From Guillardia theta CCMP2712 (taxonomy: Eukaryota; Protista; Cryptophyta): a stretch of DNA of 64,000 nt. Positions 8,682-19,105 of the stretch are shown here, piece by piece. Numbering within the stretch: position 1 is the stretch's first letter; every line of letters starts with the position of its first letter. The DNA lies in the NCBI RefSeq assembly GCF_000315625.1, contig NW_005434663.1:1-64000 (forward strand). Direction: 5' to 3'. The notes below the pieces were generated by a model. It ran no database searches. It was given only the letters and a program-made list of their open reading frames with translations, and had not been told where the DNA came from. The translations under genes and the position numbers were made by a program.

Positions 8682-10828
8682 TAGGCTTGCGCTGCTGGGA
8701 AGGAGTCAAGCGACATCTCTTCCGATTCTGCCGCCATGCTCCCAGCCTCGGGTACATCTTCCATTCGAGCGTCTTTCATCTGTAGCTCACTGCTCAAAAC
8801 AAATTTCAATTCGTTTCTATCTCCCAGCATTCCTACGAGGGAGAGCGCCGTTGCCTCCAGGAATTTATTCAAAGCAATGAAGAGGAGATCAGTTTTCAAT
8901 GGCTTCTCTTCATTTGGTGCGAAAGCGCTGTTCTTGCGTTTCGCTACCTTCCACGTATGTTTGCCTGCAATCACCCTGACTCGTTCACGCAGTCGCTTGC
9001 TCACGGCATTCTCTGCCGCGTTGGCACCCTTATCAGCCCACTCTTGTAGCGTGGGGAAGGATGCATTTCCTGGGCTCTCCGGAGCCATCTCTTGCACCGC
9101 GTCATCAAGATGGAGTTGAAGCTGCCCTTGCTGTTGCAGCTCGCTCCTAGTTACGTCAGCAATTGCTTCCTTAAGTTCTACGACGACCACGTCCGTTCCC
9201 GCATCTGGGAGGTTTATTTCATTGATAATGGAACTGAGCTCGATCTCTTTCCACACAGTTCCTTCTGCTCTGGTCCCCGTCGTTTGTGACCTGGCCTCAG
9301 GGTTAGACTGATCGCGAGTTGCCTGAGGCGACACTTGGAGGTTCAGACTGCTCGCTGTCGTTTGGATTTCAACTGTGCCTTGCCAGCAGAGGAGCTGTGT
9401 GGGGAATTCAGCCATCATCTTTCTTGCACTACTTTCACTGCGTAGCCGGAGAATGATACCAGACCCATCCCAGATCCCTGTTTCTGGATCGCATTGGAGG
9501 TGGATCCGTTGGAGATCTTTTTCCACCTGTGGATCAAAGCAAGCGACAGCCCTCCGAATGTTTCGGATGACTTTTGCTCTGCCCGTTTCATCACTTGCGC
9601 AGATTTTTTCAATCTCATTTCGGGAGAACTTCCCTGACGGCACAGGAGAGGAGATTTGTACCGAGTACAGCATCTCTGCTCCCGTTGCCATTGCCGTGCC
9701 CTCTTGTCGCACCGCATTCTTCATATTCTTGTGCAGCGCCGTTGCTTCCATCTGCACTGAGAACCATTTCAGTATTTTGTCATTCTCTGAGACCAGTCCC
9801 AAAGTGACTCCTGCACGATCCTTTCCATGTCGATCGAATGCTTGAAGAACGATGTCCGCTGCTTCAAGGCTCGAGCACGTTGCGATCCAGTCGACCTCTC
9901 TGTTCTGGTTGACTGTTTCTATTCCTACCGCAGCGAACACCTTCTTTGGCGGTAGGTTCCTCTTGGGGGGGAGGTTCACTGTCATTCCCGCGTTTGGGAT
10001 CAGATCAATGATCGCTAATCCCTGCTTCAGGCATAGCTGCCTGTAGATCTCACATATGTCACCTGTGCTCGAATCGTTGAGCATCAGGAGTTGGGCCACC
10101 TCAGCTAGGATTCCAACTCTGCCCATGTTCTCCTTCTTTGGCCGCATCTTGAACGAGATCGGTGGGTTGGCTGCTGGGTTCACTGCTAGAATCCTCCTGC
10201 CTGCCACCTTGAAGGTACCTTCTCCTTTCCAGAGTTTCTCAGCCGCCTCATTGCGGACAAATGTGATCACTGCTGGGATCTCCGCTGCCTGCACAAGGTC
10301 AGGCTTCAAGGGAGCCTTGAAGATCAGGCTCCTGCTGTCTTGCGTCTGATCGACGATCAAGCCTTGCTCTTCAAGCTTGAGGCATAAGTTTTCCACCTGT
10401 CTGGAAAAGTATGCAGGGATCCCAAGTACCTTCATGGTAATCGTCTGCACACTTGTGCCCTGGTCATCATATGATCTGGCCTCCATCTGCCTTTGTCTGT
10501 CAGCTTGGAACTCTGACAGGTACCACTGCCTGACATCGTCACCCCACTGCCTGAGCCCTTTCGGATTCTCCAGTGACGAGGGTTCAGCAAAGCTGCATGT
10601 CTGACTGATGGCTTCGGCTAAGGCTTCCAAGGATATTTCTTTGGCTTTCAGAGCTTTGCTCGTCCTGCTTTTGGGGTTCTGCCTTGCGAATTCATCCAGT
10701 CTCCGCATCAGTTCGGCTGATGACGGCATCGTGGCAGCTTCCGTCTGCCTCTTGAGGTAGCTGGAGGTACGGTACTGCACGATCTCGTCAGGGTTCACAA
10801 TAGATATTGGCCACATGTTTCGAAGCAT
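8681..10828 (-). CDS. Element A ORF1 (715 aa, putative gag-like/RNA-binding protein, no recognised family)
   Basis: Intact long ORF upstream of ORF2. Homologous to ORF1-like sequences at 1-955 and 11506-13080 (shared GLIVD, KAP..P, FxRN..AEKLWxG, GxFSRxE, LFIALxKF). Confidence 0.85.
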   Translation of the reverse strand: MLRNMWPISIVNPDEIVQYRTSSYLKRQTEAATMPSSAELMRRLDEFARQNPKSRTSKALKAKEISLEALAEAISQTCSFAEPSSLENPKGLRQWGDDVRQWYLSEFQADRQRQMEARSYDDQGTSVQTITMKVLGIPAYFSRQVENLCLKLEEQGLIVDQTQDSRSLIFKAPLKPDLVQAAEIPAVITFVRNEAAEKLWKGEGTFKVAGRRILAVNPAANPPISFKMRPKKENMGRVGILAEVAQLLMLNDSSTGDICEIYRQLCLKQGLAIIDLIPNAGMTVNLPPKRNLPPKKVFAAVGIETVNQNREVDWIATCSSLEAADIVLQAFDRHGKDRAGVTLGLVSENDKILKWFSVQMEATALHKNMKNAVRQEGTAMATGAEMLYSVQISSPVPSGKFSRNEIEKICASDETGRAKVIRNIRRAVACFDPQVEKDLQRIHLQCDPETGIWDGSGIILRLRSESSARKMMAEFPTQLLCWQGTVEIQTTASSLNLQVSPQATRDQSNPEARSQTTGTRAEGTVWKEIELSSIINEINLPDAGTDVVVVELKEAIADVTRSELQQQGQLQLHLDDAVQEMAPESPGNASFPTLQEWADKGANAAENAVSKRLRERVRVIAGKHTWKVAKRKNSAFAPNEEKPLKTDLLFIALNKFLEATALSLVGMLGDRNELKFVLSSELQMKDARMEDVPEAGSMAAESEEMSLDSFPAAQA

Positions 10829-10903
10829 TCTCGATGGTTTCCCGAGCTTCCTGCGTTCCTGGCGACTCTTGCTCTACCACGCAGGGACCCCGCTGATCTG
10901 CAT

Positions 10904-11120
10904 GCCTCAGATAAAGGGATCCTGCATGCCTCAGATAAAGGGATCAGATAAAGGGATCCTGCCTCAGATAAAGGGATCCTGCCTCAGATAAAGGGATCCT
11001 GCCTCAGATAAAGGGATCCTGCCTCAGATAAAGGGATCCTGCCTCAGATAAAGGGATCCTGCCTCAGATAAAGGGATCCTGCCTCAGATAAAGGGATCCT
11101 GCCTCAGATAAAGGGATCCT
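10904..11120. repeat. 20-bp tandem repeat (GCCTCAGATAAAGGGATCCT) x~11 at the 5' end of element A
   Basis: Eight perfect units at 10961-11120 plus about 3 full or partial units. Confidence 0.97.
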
Positions 11121-11165
11121 CTAAACCCTAAACCCTAAACCCTAAACCCTAAACCCTAAACCCTA
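11121..11165. repeat. Telomeric repeat tract (CCCTAAA) x~6
   Basis: Direct reading; plant-type TTTAGGG on the minus strand. Confidence 0.97.
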
Positions 11166-13130
11166 TTATTATTATTATTATGTGAGTTTATTAGAATGCT
11201 GGAATGTTGCTCGGCCTCGTTGTGGGCTTTTGCAATTTGATCCTAGTCTAAAGAGGCGCGCGAGCACTGGGAGTACACGGCCTACAATGCGAACCCTGCT
11301 TCTGAGGCGTCTTTCTACTCTCTACTTCTGCTGTCTTCTCTTGGCTTCCTCAGCCTCAGTCAGGAGAGTTGCCTCCCTCACCTTGGCCTTCGGTCGCCAC
11401 CTACTCCTCCTCCATTCAGCTTCCTCAGCCTCAGTCAGGAGAGTTGCCTCTCCTCACCTTGGCCTTCGGTCGCCTCCTACCTTCTCTCCTTACCTTGAGC
11501 TCAGCTCAAGCTCGGTACGGGCTCGCCCCGTCTTCTTCCTCGCCCTCGCCTTGCTCTTCCTCCATGTCTTCCTCTTCTTCGTCATCTTCCCTCATCTCCA
11601 CCCGCAGTCGGTCCTTCTTGTCCACCTTCAGCGAGCAGGCCAACACATGCATCTCTGCGAATTTACTCAGTGCTATGAACAGGAAGCTAAGAGATCGACG
11701 CTCTATGTCGTCGCTCTCCGCCTCCTGCTCAAGCTCAGCAGCTGCCGTTGCCCGTGGCGAGAACGCGCTGCCCCTCCTTGCCTTCTTGCTCTCTCCTTGC
11801 ACGCGAGTCCAGCGCTTGCTCTGCAGCCACTTATCTTCTTGAACCTCAATGCTGGCAAGCTTCAGGTTCATTATTCTTGCTAATTCCAACATGGCTCGCT
11901 TGACTCGCGTGGTCGATGTGTTACCTCCTCCGCACAGTGCTTCCATCTCCTTCCTCGAGAAGCGGCCTGTGCTCATGCTTGACTTCGACTTGATCTGCAC
12001 CCTGAAACTGCCGCTTGGAGCCTGCTCCCTGTCGCGAAGTACCTTCCTCTGCTTGGCAATCTTTCCTCTCGGCACGAAGGTGTCTGCTGTGAGCTCGACT
12101 GCAAACGTCTCTCTGAGCTTGGCGTCGTCGCTGACGAGAGTCAGGTGCACCCCCTCCATCGCCTCGCTCTCTCGCAGCGGCGCTGGCCGTCGATGGGCAG
12201 GATAGTACCCACTCGAGCTCTCTCTGCTGTTGAGCTCCGGTGCTTGCTCCAACAGCAACATACGTCTTCGGGCTCGGCCCCTTGCGACCTCTCTGCCCAG
12301 CACCCTGCACGAGCATGCCCGCCAGCGGTTGTACCTCTGCTGCGGCGAGACATTGCGAGATCAGTTGGAATTGATAGATCCGAGCTATGTCCGCCGTCGA
12401 CATTCCTCCAAGAGCTAGGAGCTGCGATAGCTCGGCAAGGCTCCCTCCCTTGCCCCAAGGTCCTCGCTTGGCTCGGAGCTTGAACGACCGGTCGTGTGCA
12501 ATGCTGACTTCAGTTGCTCTGAAAATTCGCCCGTCGATGCTGTACTCTCTGCTGCCTTGCCAGAGTGCGATGGCTTCTTCCGATTCCGAAGGAAGGAGAT
12601 GGTGACTGAGACGGCGTCTGCTCGTGCTATCTCAGGTCTGTAAGGTGCTTTCCACATGATGGACTTGTCGTCTCTATCGACTGAGTCTACTATGAGTCCC
12701 AGCTCCGTCAACTTCATTTTCAATTTGTCTTCTTGTCGCACATACATCGAGGAGATGCCCAGGAGAGTCATGGAGATGAAGGAGGTCTCCTCGGTGTCTT
12801 CGGTGCCGATGCCAGTAAGTCTCGACATTCTGCTGTTTGGCCTCTTTCATCTGTTGCATGAACCATGCTTTCGACCTCTCTCGACGAGGTCGGCCTCCTC
12901 GACGTGGCCTCCTGAGCGCTCACCCTGCGTGTATTGGCATGATCTCCGATACAGCAGGTTGCGAACGCTCTCATCATACTGTAGTACCATACTTAGAAAG
13001 CTGTTTGAACTGCACAAACCTCTTGCTCGCAGCTTCCTCCGGTGCCCAAGTTGCGCTCTCCCTACTACGCGCCACAGAGCAGCATGCCTCTGTCAACGGG
13101 CCCGGTTCCTAATGTCAACGGGCCCGGTTC
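11166..13130 (-). mobile_element. Element B: ~2-kb ORF1-only non-autonomous retroelement with AATAAA + (TAA)n tail; ORF frameshifted and internally deleted
   Basis: ORF pieces 12415-12828, 11921-12403 and 11506-12303 are homologous to element A ORF1. No RT. AATAAA at 11187-11192 (minus), (TAA)5 at 11166-11180, telomeric repeats on both sides. Confidence 0.85.
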
Positions 13131-13153
13131 CTAAACCCTAAACCCTAAACCCT
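13130..13153. repeat. Telomeric repeat tract (CCCTAAA) x~3
   Basis: Direct reading. Confidence 0.95.
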
Positions 13154-13229
13154 GACAAGGCCCGGCCTGCCTCTGACAAGGCCCGGCTGCCTCTGACAAG
13201 GCCCGGCCTGCCTCTGACAAGGCCCGGCC
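13153..13229. repeat. ~21-bp tandem repeat (GCCTCTGACAAGGCCCGGCCT) x~4
   Basis: Direct reading; resembles the element B 5' terminus gcctctgtcaacgggcccgg. Confidence 0.9.
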
Positions 13230-13261
13230 CTTAACCCTAAACCCTAAACCCTAAACCCTAA
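13228..13261. repeat. Telomeric repeat tract (CCCTAAA) x~5
   Basis: Direct reading. Confidence 0.95.
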
Positions 13262-13445
13262 GGATACCGCTTCGCGAAGCTCTTCACCCTCTCGACGAGA
13301 TCGGCGGCTCCGAGGCTCGACGTGGCCTCCAGAGCGCTCGCGGCCCTGCGTGTATTGGCATGATCTCCGATATTAGAAGCTGTTTCAACTATACCAAGAA
13401 CTTGCTCGCAGCTTCCTCCGTCCCCTTGCGCTCTCCCTACCGGCT
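13262..13445 (-). mobile_element. Element C: 5' fragment of a B-type element, truncated within ORF1
   Basis: cgcttcgcgaagctcttcaccctctcgacgagatc and ctgcgtgtattggcatgatctccgata are shared with 734-830. Confidence 0.85.
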
Positions 13446-13475
13446 CCTAAAACCCTAAAACTGAACCCTAAACCC
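13446..13475. repeat. Degenerate telomeric repeat tract
   Basis: cctaaaaccctaaaactgaaccctaaaccc. Confidence 0.8.
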
Positions 13476-13477
13476 GA

Positions 13478-13648
13478 TGCCTCAAGAAAGCGAGCCTGCC
13501 GGACTCGGGGAGGCTCAAGAAAGCGAGCCGCTGCCTCAACTTCGGAAAGCGAGCCTGCCTCAAGAAAGCGAGCCTGCCTCAAGAAAGCGAGCCTGGGCCT
13601 CAAGAAAGCGAGCCTTGCCTCAACCGGGGCGGAAAGCGAGCCTGCCTT
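13478..13648. repeat. ~19-bp tandem repeat (GCCTCAAGAAAGCGAGCCT), degenerate, x~7
   Basis: Direct reading; marks the proximal boundary of the retroelement array. Confidence 0.9.
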
Positions 13649-16600
13649 GTAGTCCCGAGTCCCGTTCAGTCGTTGATTTGTGATCCAAGTTGATCATCGT
13701 CTTGTCCATCGCCAACACATGAATCATGTGACCTTCTACTGGCAAGGTTACAATTCATCAAGTTTTACGGTAATCTCATGCCCCTCGAATCTTTCGCTCT
13801 GAAGCTCTGATGACACCAATCCATGACTGTGACGAGGTAAGGCATGATTCTATGTGTGCTTTTGAAAGATTTAGGACTGTGTTTGGAAGACTCTGAGTCT
13901 CACTTGTGTCAACGTGTTCATCCGACATTCCGAGGGCCTGTTTCCATTCGCCGATGAGAAAGAAGGTTTCGATTCTTCCTGTGAATGTTGCCAATACGTG
14001 TACCGTTGAAGTCGATTCATCTTATGTAGGCCATAGACATCTCCGGAGTCCGAGGACCTTTAGTTTGTTCTGACCGGGACTATTCTCCTCTCCTTGAAGT
14101 TCACCGTGACTCCACAGATAAACGGTTGCATGCGGCCATGACCGTGATTGCAACTTCCGGCGGAAATCCAACAGCTTGAAAACCAAGGCATCATTCCATT
14201 GAGAGAGCAGAATCTGCTCAAGATTACCCCCCGGCTAAATCCCCCCGGCCCCGCCATAGTGCTCCCCGCGGCGGAACGCTGTACCAACGGTTAATTCCCA
14301 CAGGCTAGGGGTTCAACGGCCGGGCCCGTCTGTCAGATCGAATATAGCAGTTCCACCCCCGTGCCGTGACGGCCCGTTATATAACAGATACCTTCTTTAC
14401 TCAAAGTTAAGTTAAAATCAGTACGAGGACCGTTAAATCAGGAGAGACGAGCCTCCGAGGCTTGACCCTGACACTCAGTCGCACAGGCCACACGGCGAGA
14501 AGAGAAAAGACAGCGAGAACCAAACCCAATCCTGCCGACTGCTGTCCCCCAAACTTAACTGATACCTTCCCTTAACTGCGCAGGTACATTTTTAAAATGA
14601 TATTGTTCACTGATGATTTCAAGCCTTGAGTTTGAGTCGCAGGGGAAGTCCGGAACAGTGTGGCCCGTGGGCCCCCGATAGATACAACGGCACCCGTACA
14701 TGATGCCGACGTTGATGGGGTGGTCTTCTACGCCCCTAAAACGACAGGACAAGGCGCCTGTAAAATGGTTTTAAAGACCCACTGCTGCTAGAATTATTTA
14801 CTCAGGTCATAGGGTAGGTACTCGATTGAAATAAAGTCTTTTCATGTCCCGAACGTGCAGCCCCCGTACGTCCCCCGGACCCAGGAAACAAAGCGAGAAA
14901 TTTAATGTTTCAATAGAAACAGAAAGACGATCAATATTGTTTATTGCTTCTGCGGCTGCGATGCAAAAACGTTTACTGCCATTTTATGCTTTCAAAATTG
15001 AGGCTAGGGTAAAAACTCATATAAAAAGTAAGGGGCATAGATACGGTTTGAACAGTAGGGGTGTTGGCAGCAGGACCCGAGTCTAGACTCAGGGTAGGTG
15101 GGGTAGTGACTTCTTTGAGGATAGAATCGGTGCAGGTGAGCTCCGGGCTGCGACAGAAAGAAAAGCCAATGGAAGTAGGGTGGGTACCATCATGAGGGAG
15201 GGTACTTCCGGATCTGTTCCACAACCTTTGCATTATTATTATTATTAGGGTCGCCCAAATGGGAGAGGTAGGGTACTCTCCTGTTGGTCAACAAAAAGAC
15301 TCGTTTTCGAGAACTACACCCCCACCCCCTCACGTGACAGCAAAGTTCCTTCAATTTTTAATACCCTTGGTTGAAGGCCACCCTACCCTTGAGTACAATC
15401 TACCTACGGGATTGTGCACCCCAACCAATAAACCCCCACCCCATTGAGGAACCTCGTTTCAGAATTAGTACCCGTGAATGACCAATCTTCAATTGTATAT
15501 TGAACCCCTTTGCTAACCACCTTTTGCAACTCTAACCTATCTCGAGAATGGACCCTACCCATCTTAGTTACAAAGTCTCAATCCTCACCCCTGCTTCTCT
15601 GAACAGAAATACCATCAGAGCACCCTACCCCGACTAAAAACTACTTTTTAAGAGTTGGGACTGAATTCCATTTACGGACTACCCCACCATGGATTTTCCA
15701 TTGATCTTCAGGAAATCTGGTGGGTCCCAAGTACGACCACTACAAGGTACCAGCATAAGGTGTTGTTCGAGAGTAGTAGGGTTATTCACAAGGGGTAATA
15801 AGATTCGTCCTGTGTATCTTAGGGGGTTGGGGTAGTACCCTACAGTTTCTTTGGGTTGTGATTGTACCACGGGTACTGGGGAACCCCCTTTCATGAATAA
15901 GATAATATACAGGAAAACTGGGGTACAATAACAGTGAAGAGGTTGAGGGCGGGTTCATGAACCCAATCCGAATATGGTGGGGTGATCCAGCTTTGGGGTA
16001 GGGTATCCTGGCCGCCCCATCTTGTTTCTATGGGATTTGATGGCCGCAGAGCTTCAGGGTGGGGTCGAGGGGGTGTCGGGGTGCAATTTGATTGCTTGGG
16101 GGCTCCGATAGAAATGGAAGTACCGGTGTTCCTAAAATTTTGGTCAAGGTATATGGAATCGGTTAGTTTTATGGGGTGGGGTAGGACTTGACAACACATG
16201 GGTGGGGTAGTCTGAAGGGTGTAGGGTAGAGGCGCGCAGGAGTAGGAAGGCTGAACCAAGTGAACATAACGAGCAAGCAAACAGCCGCAGAAGACTGAGA
16301 TCGAGATCACAAGGAGAGCTGGAGCAAGTGACAAGCTTAATGAAAATTATTGCATGAGTTGTGGATAATCTGCAAAAATTTAAAGAACAACATTTGTGCT
16401 TGTTCACAGATACAGGAAACCAAGGAAACGTTACAAGATCAAAGGGGTTGGAGTTATCTTCGAGCTGTTGCTGAAGTCTACTGAGAAGGATCCCGAATCA
16501 ATATTGGCAACTGCAAACTTGCTAGCAAGGTGTCCCCCAGTTCGTTGCTGTATAAAGGTTCGTTTGGATCATGCCCAGGCGCCCTCCCTGTTCGAGTGCG

Positions 16601-16946
16601 GTTCAAGCAGCAAATGCTTTCGTCAACGTCTTCATTGCCGAGAGCGATTCTGATGACCATATTTTGCCTAAGAATGGTACGAAACCTATTTTGAATATCC
16701 ATGTTTAGTTACTATATGTTGTTCAGGGTCATACTCGCCATTTCACGGTTTTAGTAGAATGTTACCACAACATGCTAGTGTGAGGGATGGAGGAACGGGA
16801 GTGGATGGTATTTCGCGTGCGGGACTCAACAAAATTGTTGGCAACACGTTTAATGAAGGAATGAGAAAGGTTTATTTATTCAAATGCTTGTGGTGCGTTT
16901 TTTGATTGTTTGATTTCAGCCTTCACGAAATGGAAATCCCGGCGAA

Positions 16947-17819
16947 TTGGGAAGCGTTGCCGCCCACAAACTTGCGAGGCATTTTTTGAGAGCTAGATGG
17001 AGGAATCCTGACGACTCGCAAGACCTCGTGGTCCTCCAACAAATGTTTTGTATGATGCAACCGCATCAAGTAGCAAACTGTGTCTTGGTTTTGCGGGAGT
17101 TCTCCAAATGGCGACCCGGACCAGCGGGAAGGGGAGGCGATAGAGCAAGTGGGAAGCTGGGCGAGTCGCGGAAATTGAAGCTTGAAGATGAAATGCGATG
17201 TGTCAAACAAAAGATTGAAGATGCGCGAGACAAAGATTTGTGCGAAGAAGATGAAGACGACAATAGCGACGCATTTTCAATGAGAAGCACAGTTGTGAAC
17301 GTGCAACGTGTACAGGAATCTGATGTAAGCTCAAACAAGAAAACATCGTGTGGAGCTTCCAGTGAAATTCCCCAATTCCCGGGATTATTGACACATGCAA
17401 CAAGTGTACAGGAGATTTTGAATCAGAGTTCAATGAACGCAGCTGCCGAGCATTTGACAAATCACAAGCTTTCGAGTGCAGATATCCTCAACACATTATT
17501 CCTTCAGGTTGCAGCTTCAAGAGTCTCACAAACTCATGTGTCATCGGGAAACGCGGGGCCGCTGAACGGAGTTTTCCCATCGACCATGGGGATTCCGAAT
17601 TCGTTTGTTAATGACACGCTGGCCTTGGACAAACACGGGTTTTCCATGTCACCTCCCATGGGGCTTAATCAATTGTGGAATCATCAAGTCGAGTCTTCAC
17701 AGTCGTCTAAACTGGACACAGAGGGTCATCGTATGTTAAGCAACTTAGGACGATCTCAGGGACCAATTCTGCCTCCTTTGAAGCAAGTCCTGCTTGAGTC
17801 TGCGATCAAATCGACCTAA
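16947..17819 (+). CDS. Hypothetical protein (true start probably in an upstream exon)
   Basis: 290-codon ORF with an ordered N-terminus (HKLARHFLRARW...LREFSKWRP) and a low-complexity tail; no family recognised. Confidence 0.55.
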   Translation: MGSVAAHKLARHFLRARWRNPDDSQDLVVLQQMFCMMQPHQVANCVLVLREFSKWRPGPAGRGGDRASGKLGESRKLKLEDEMRCVKQKIEDARDKDLCEEDEDDNSDAFSMRSTVVNVQRVQESDVSSNKKTSCGASSEIPQFPGLLTHATSVQEILNQSSMNAAAEHLTNHKLSSADILNTLFLQVAASRVSQTHVSSGNAGPLNGVFPSTMGIPNSFVNDTLALDKHGFSMSPPMGLNQLWNHQVESSQSSKLDTEGHRMLSNLGRSQGPILPPLKQVLLESAIKST

Positions 17820-18809
17820 ACCTTAATAATTTTCTTTGAATTAATTGTCATGGCATTTTTGTACTGCAACCATGTAAACTTATTTGAAATCTTCCATGCG
17901 AGTAATTTTATATATATCACTCACGGGTTGTCATAATGCCATCCCACCCGCACCTCATCAAATGAGCAAGTTTTGGTGATCCTGTGCTAGCCAGTTCTGC
18001 GGGCGATTTCTGTTTCCACGCTTGAGGCATGTTAGGAATTAGATGTTAAAAGAATAAGCACTTACCACCACGAGTTCAGTGCCATGAAAGCTGACTGATC
18101 TTGGAACGTGTCTTCTAGCCTGTAACTCCGTGTCAATGGAAAGGTCAATGGAAACGATTCACACTACGAATAACAATTATAAGTGAATGCATCCCATTCA
18201 TCAAACAAAACTGCATATCATCAATACAGGAAAGTAGGAATTTCTTGAATCTCAAACGAAGAAATTGCAAGCCACTATTGAGACGTTTCAAAAACAATCA
18301 TCGTCCTGATTAGCCATTCTTCATTCAATTATCAGAAGCAACTATCGCAGTGTAGCAGAATCCAGATATATCGATACAACTTATAAAGTAGTAGCTCACA
18401 GAACGACATGCCAAAGCGATTGAAATTGCAAGAATTCAATGATCAAACATCAATTGTTTCAGACAAAGAGGCAGAAAGCACAAAGATAAGCAAGCAGAAG
18501 AAGATGAAACAAAAAAAAAAGAACTTGGTCGTACATCGTTCAATGCCTCCTTCAGCGCCATCGGCGGTTTGTTCGCCGCCCATAACTGCTGCATGTCTCC
18601 TCGCTTTGGCTTTTCAGGGTGAGAAAACTGTCGGTAACTGATTGTAACGTTTCGAAACCGCTACCACCAACCTTCAAGAGACCGCAACCAAGGTTGGAAT
18701 ACAACGGTTTGAAGGAATTGCAACAAGTTTATAACGTTCGCAATAAGATTTCCTCGTAGTCCTCATGTCCGCAGCCTCCTCCCCACAACCACCTGTGCTT
18801 TCCCCCACC

Positions 18810-19105
18810 TCCTTGTCGCCTTCCTTCCTCCCTTCTCCCCTTCCTTGTCGCCTTCCCTTCCTCCCTTCTCCCCTTCCTTGTCGCCTTCCCTTCCTCCCCT
18901 CTCCCCTTCCTTGTCGCCTTCCCTTTCTCCCCTCTCCCCTTCCTTGTCGCCTTCCCTTCCTCCCCTTTCCCCTTCCTCGTCGCCTTCCCTTCCTCCCCTC
19001 TCCCCTTCCTTGTCGCCTTCCCTTCCTCCCCTCTCCCCTTCCTCGTCGCCTTCCCTTCCTCCCCTCTCCCCTTCCTTGTCGCCTTCCCTTCCTCCCTCTC
19101 CCCTT
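18810..19105. repeat. 33-bp pyrimidine-rich minisatellite (TTCCTCCCCTCTCCCCTTCCTTGTCGCCTTCCC) x~9
   Basis: Direct reading. Confidence 0.92.

Larger units (their letters stand above)
955..11120 (-). mobile_element. Non-LTR retrotransposon 'element A': ORF1 + ORF2 (Ulp1-like protease, APE, RT, degenerate RNase H, CCHC, RLE), telomere-associated; ORF2 frameshifted
   Basis: Domain motifs lie in order on the minus strand (see CDS entries). The 5' end abuts (TTTAGGG)n through 20-bp tandem repeats. No LTRs seen. Confidence 0.93.

Noticed and set aside
10830-10905. HDV or hammerhead ribozyme in the 5' leader
   Set aside because: A hairpin (CCTGCGT...ACGCAGG) is possible, but I could not fit a ribozyme core by eye; needs an Infernal search.
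10904-11120. CRISPR-like array
   Set aside because: Units are contiguous with no spacers, there are no cas genes, and the context is eukaryotic.
11121-11165. Actual chromosome terminus
   Set aside because: Tracts are short and internal; any end lies left of the window.
1-13650. Penelope/Athena-type or LTR element (1-955 and 12330-13080 as LTRs)
   Set aside because: RT, APE and RLE are non-LTR type. The similar regions are diverged coding paralogs, not terminal repeats. The sense strand carries G-rich repeats, opposite to Athena.
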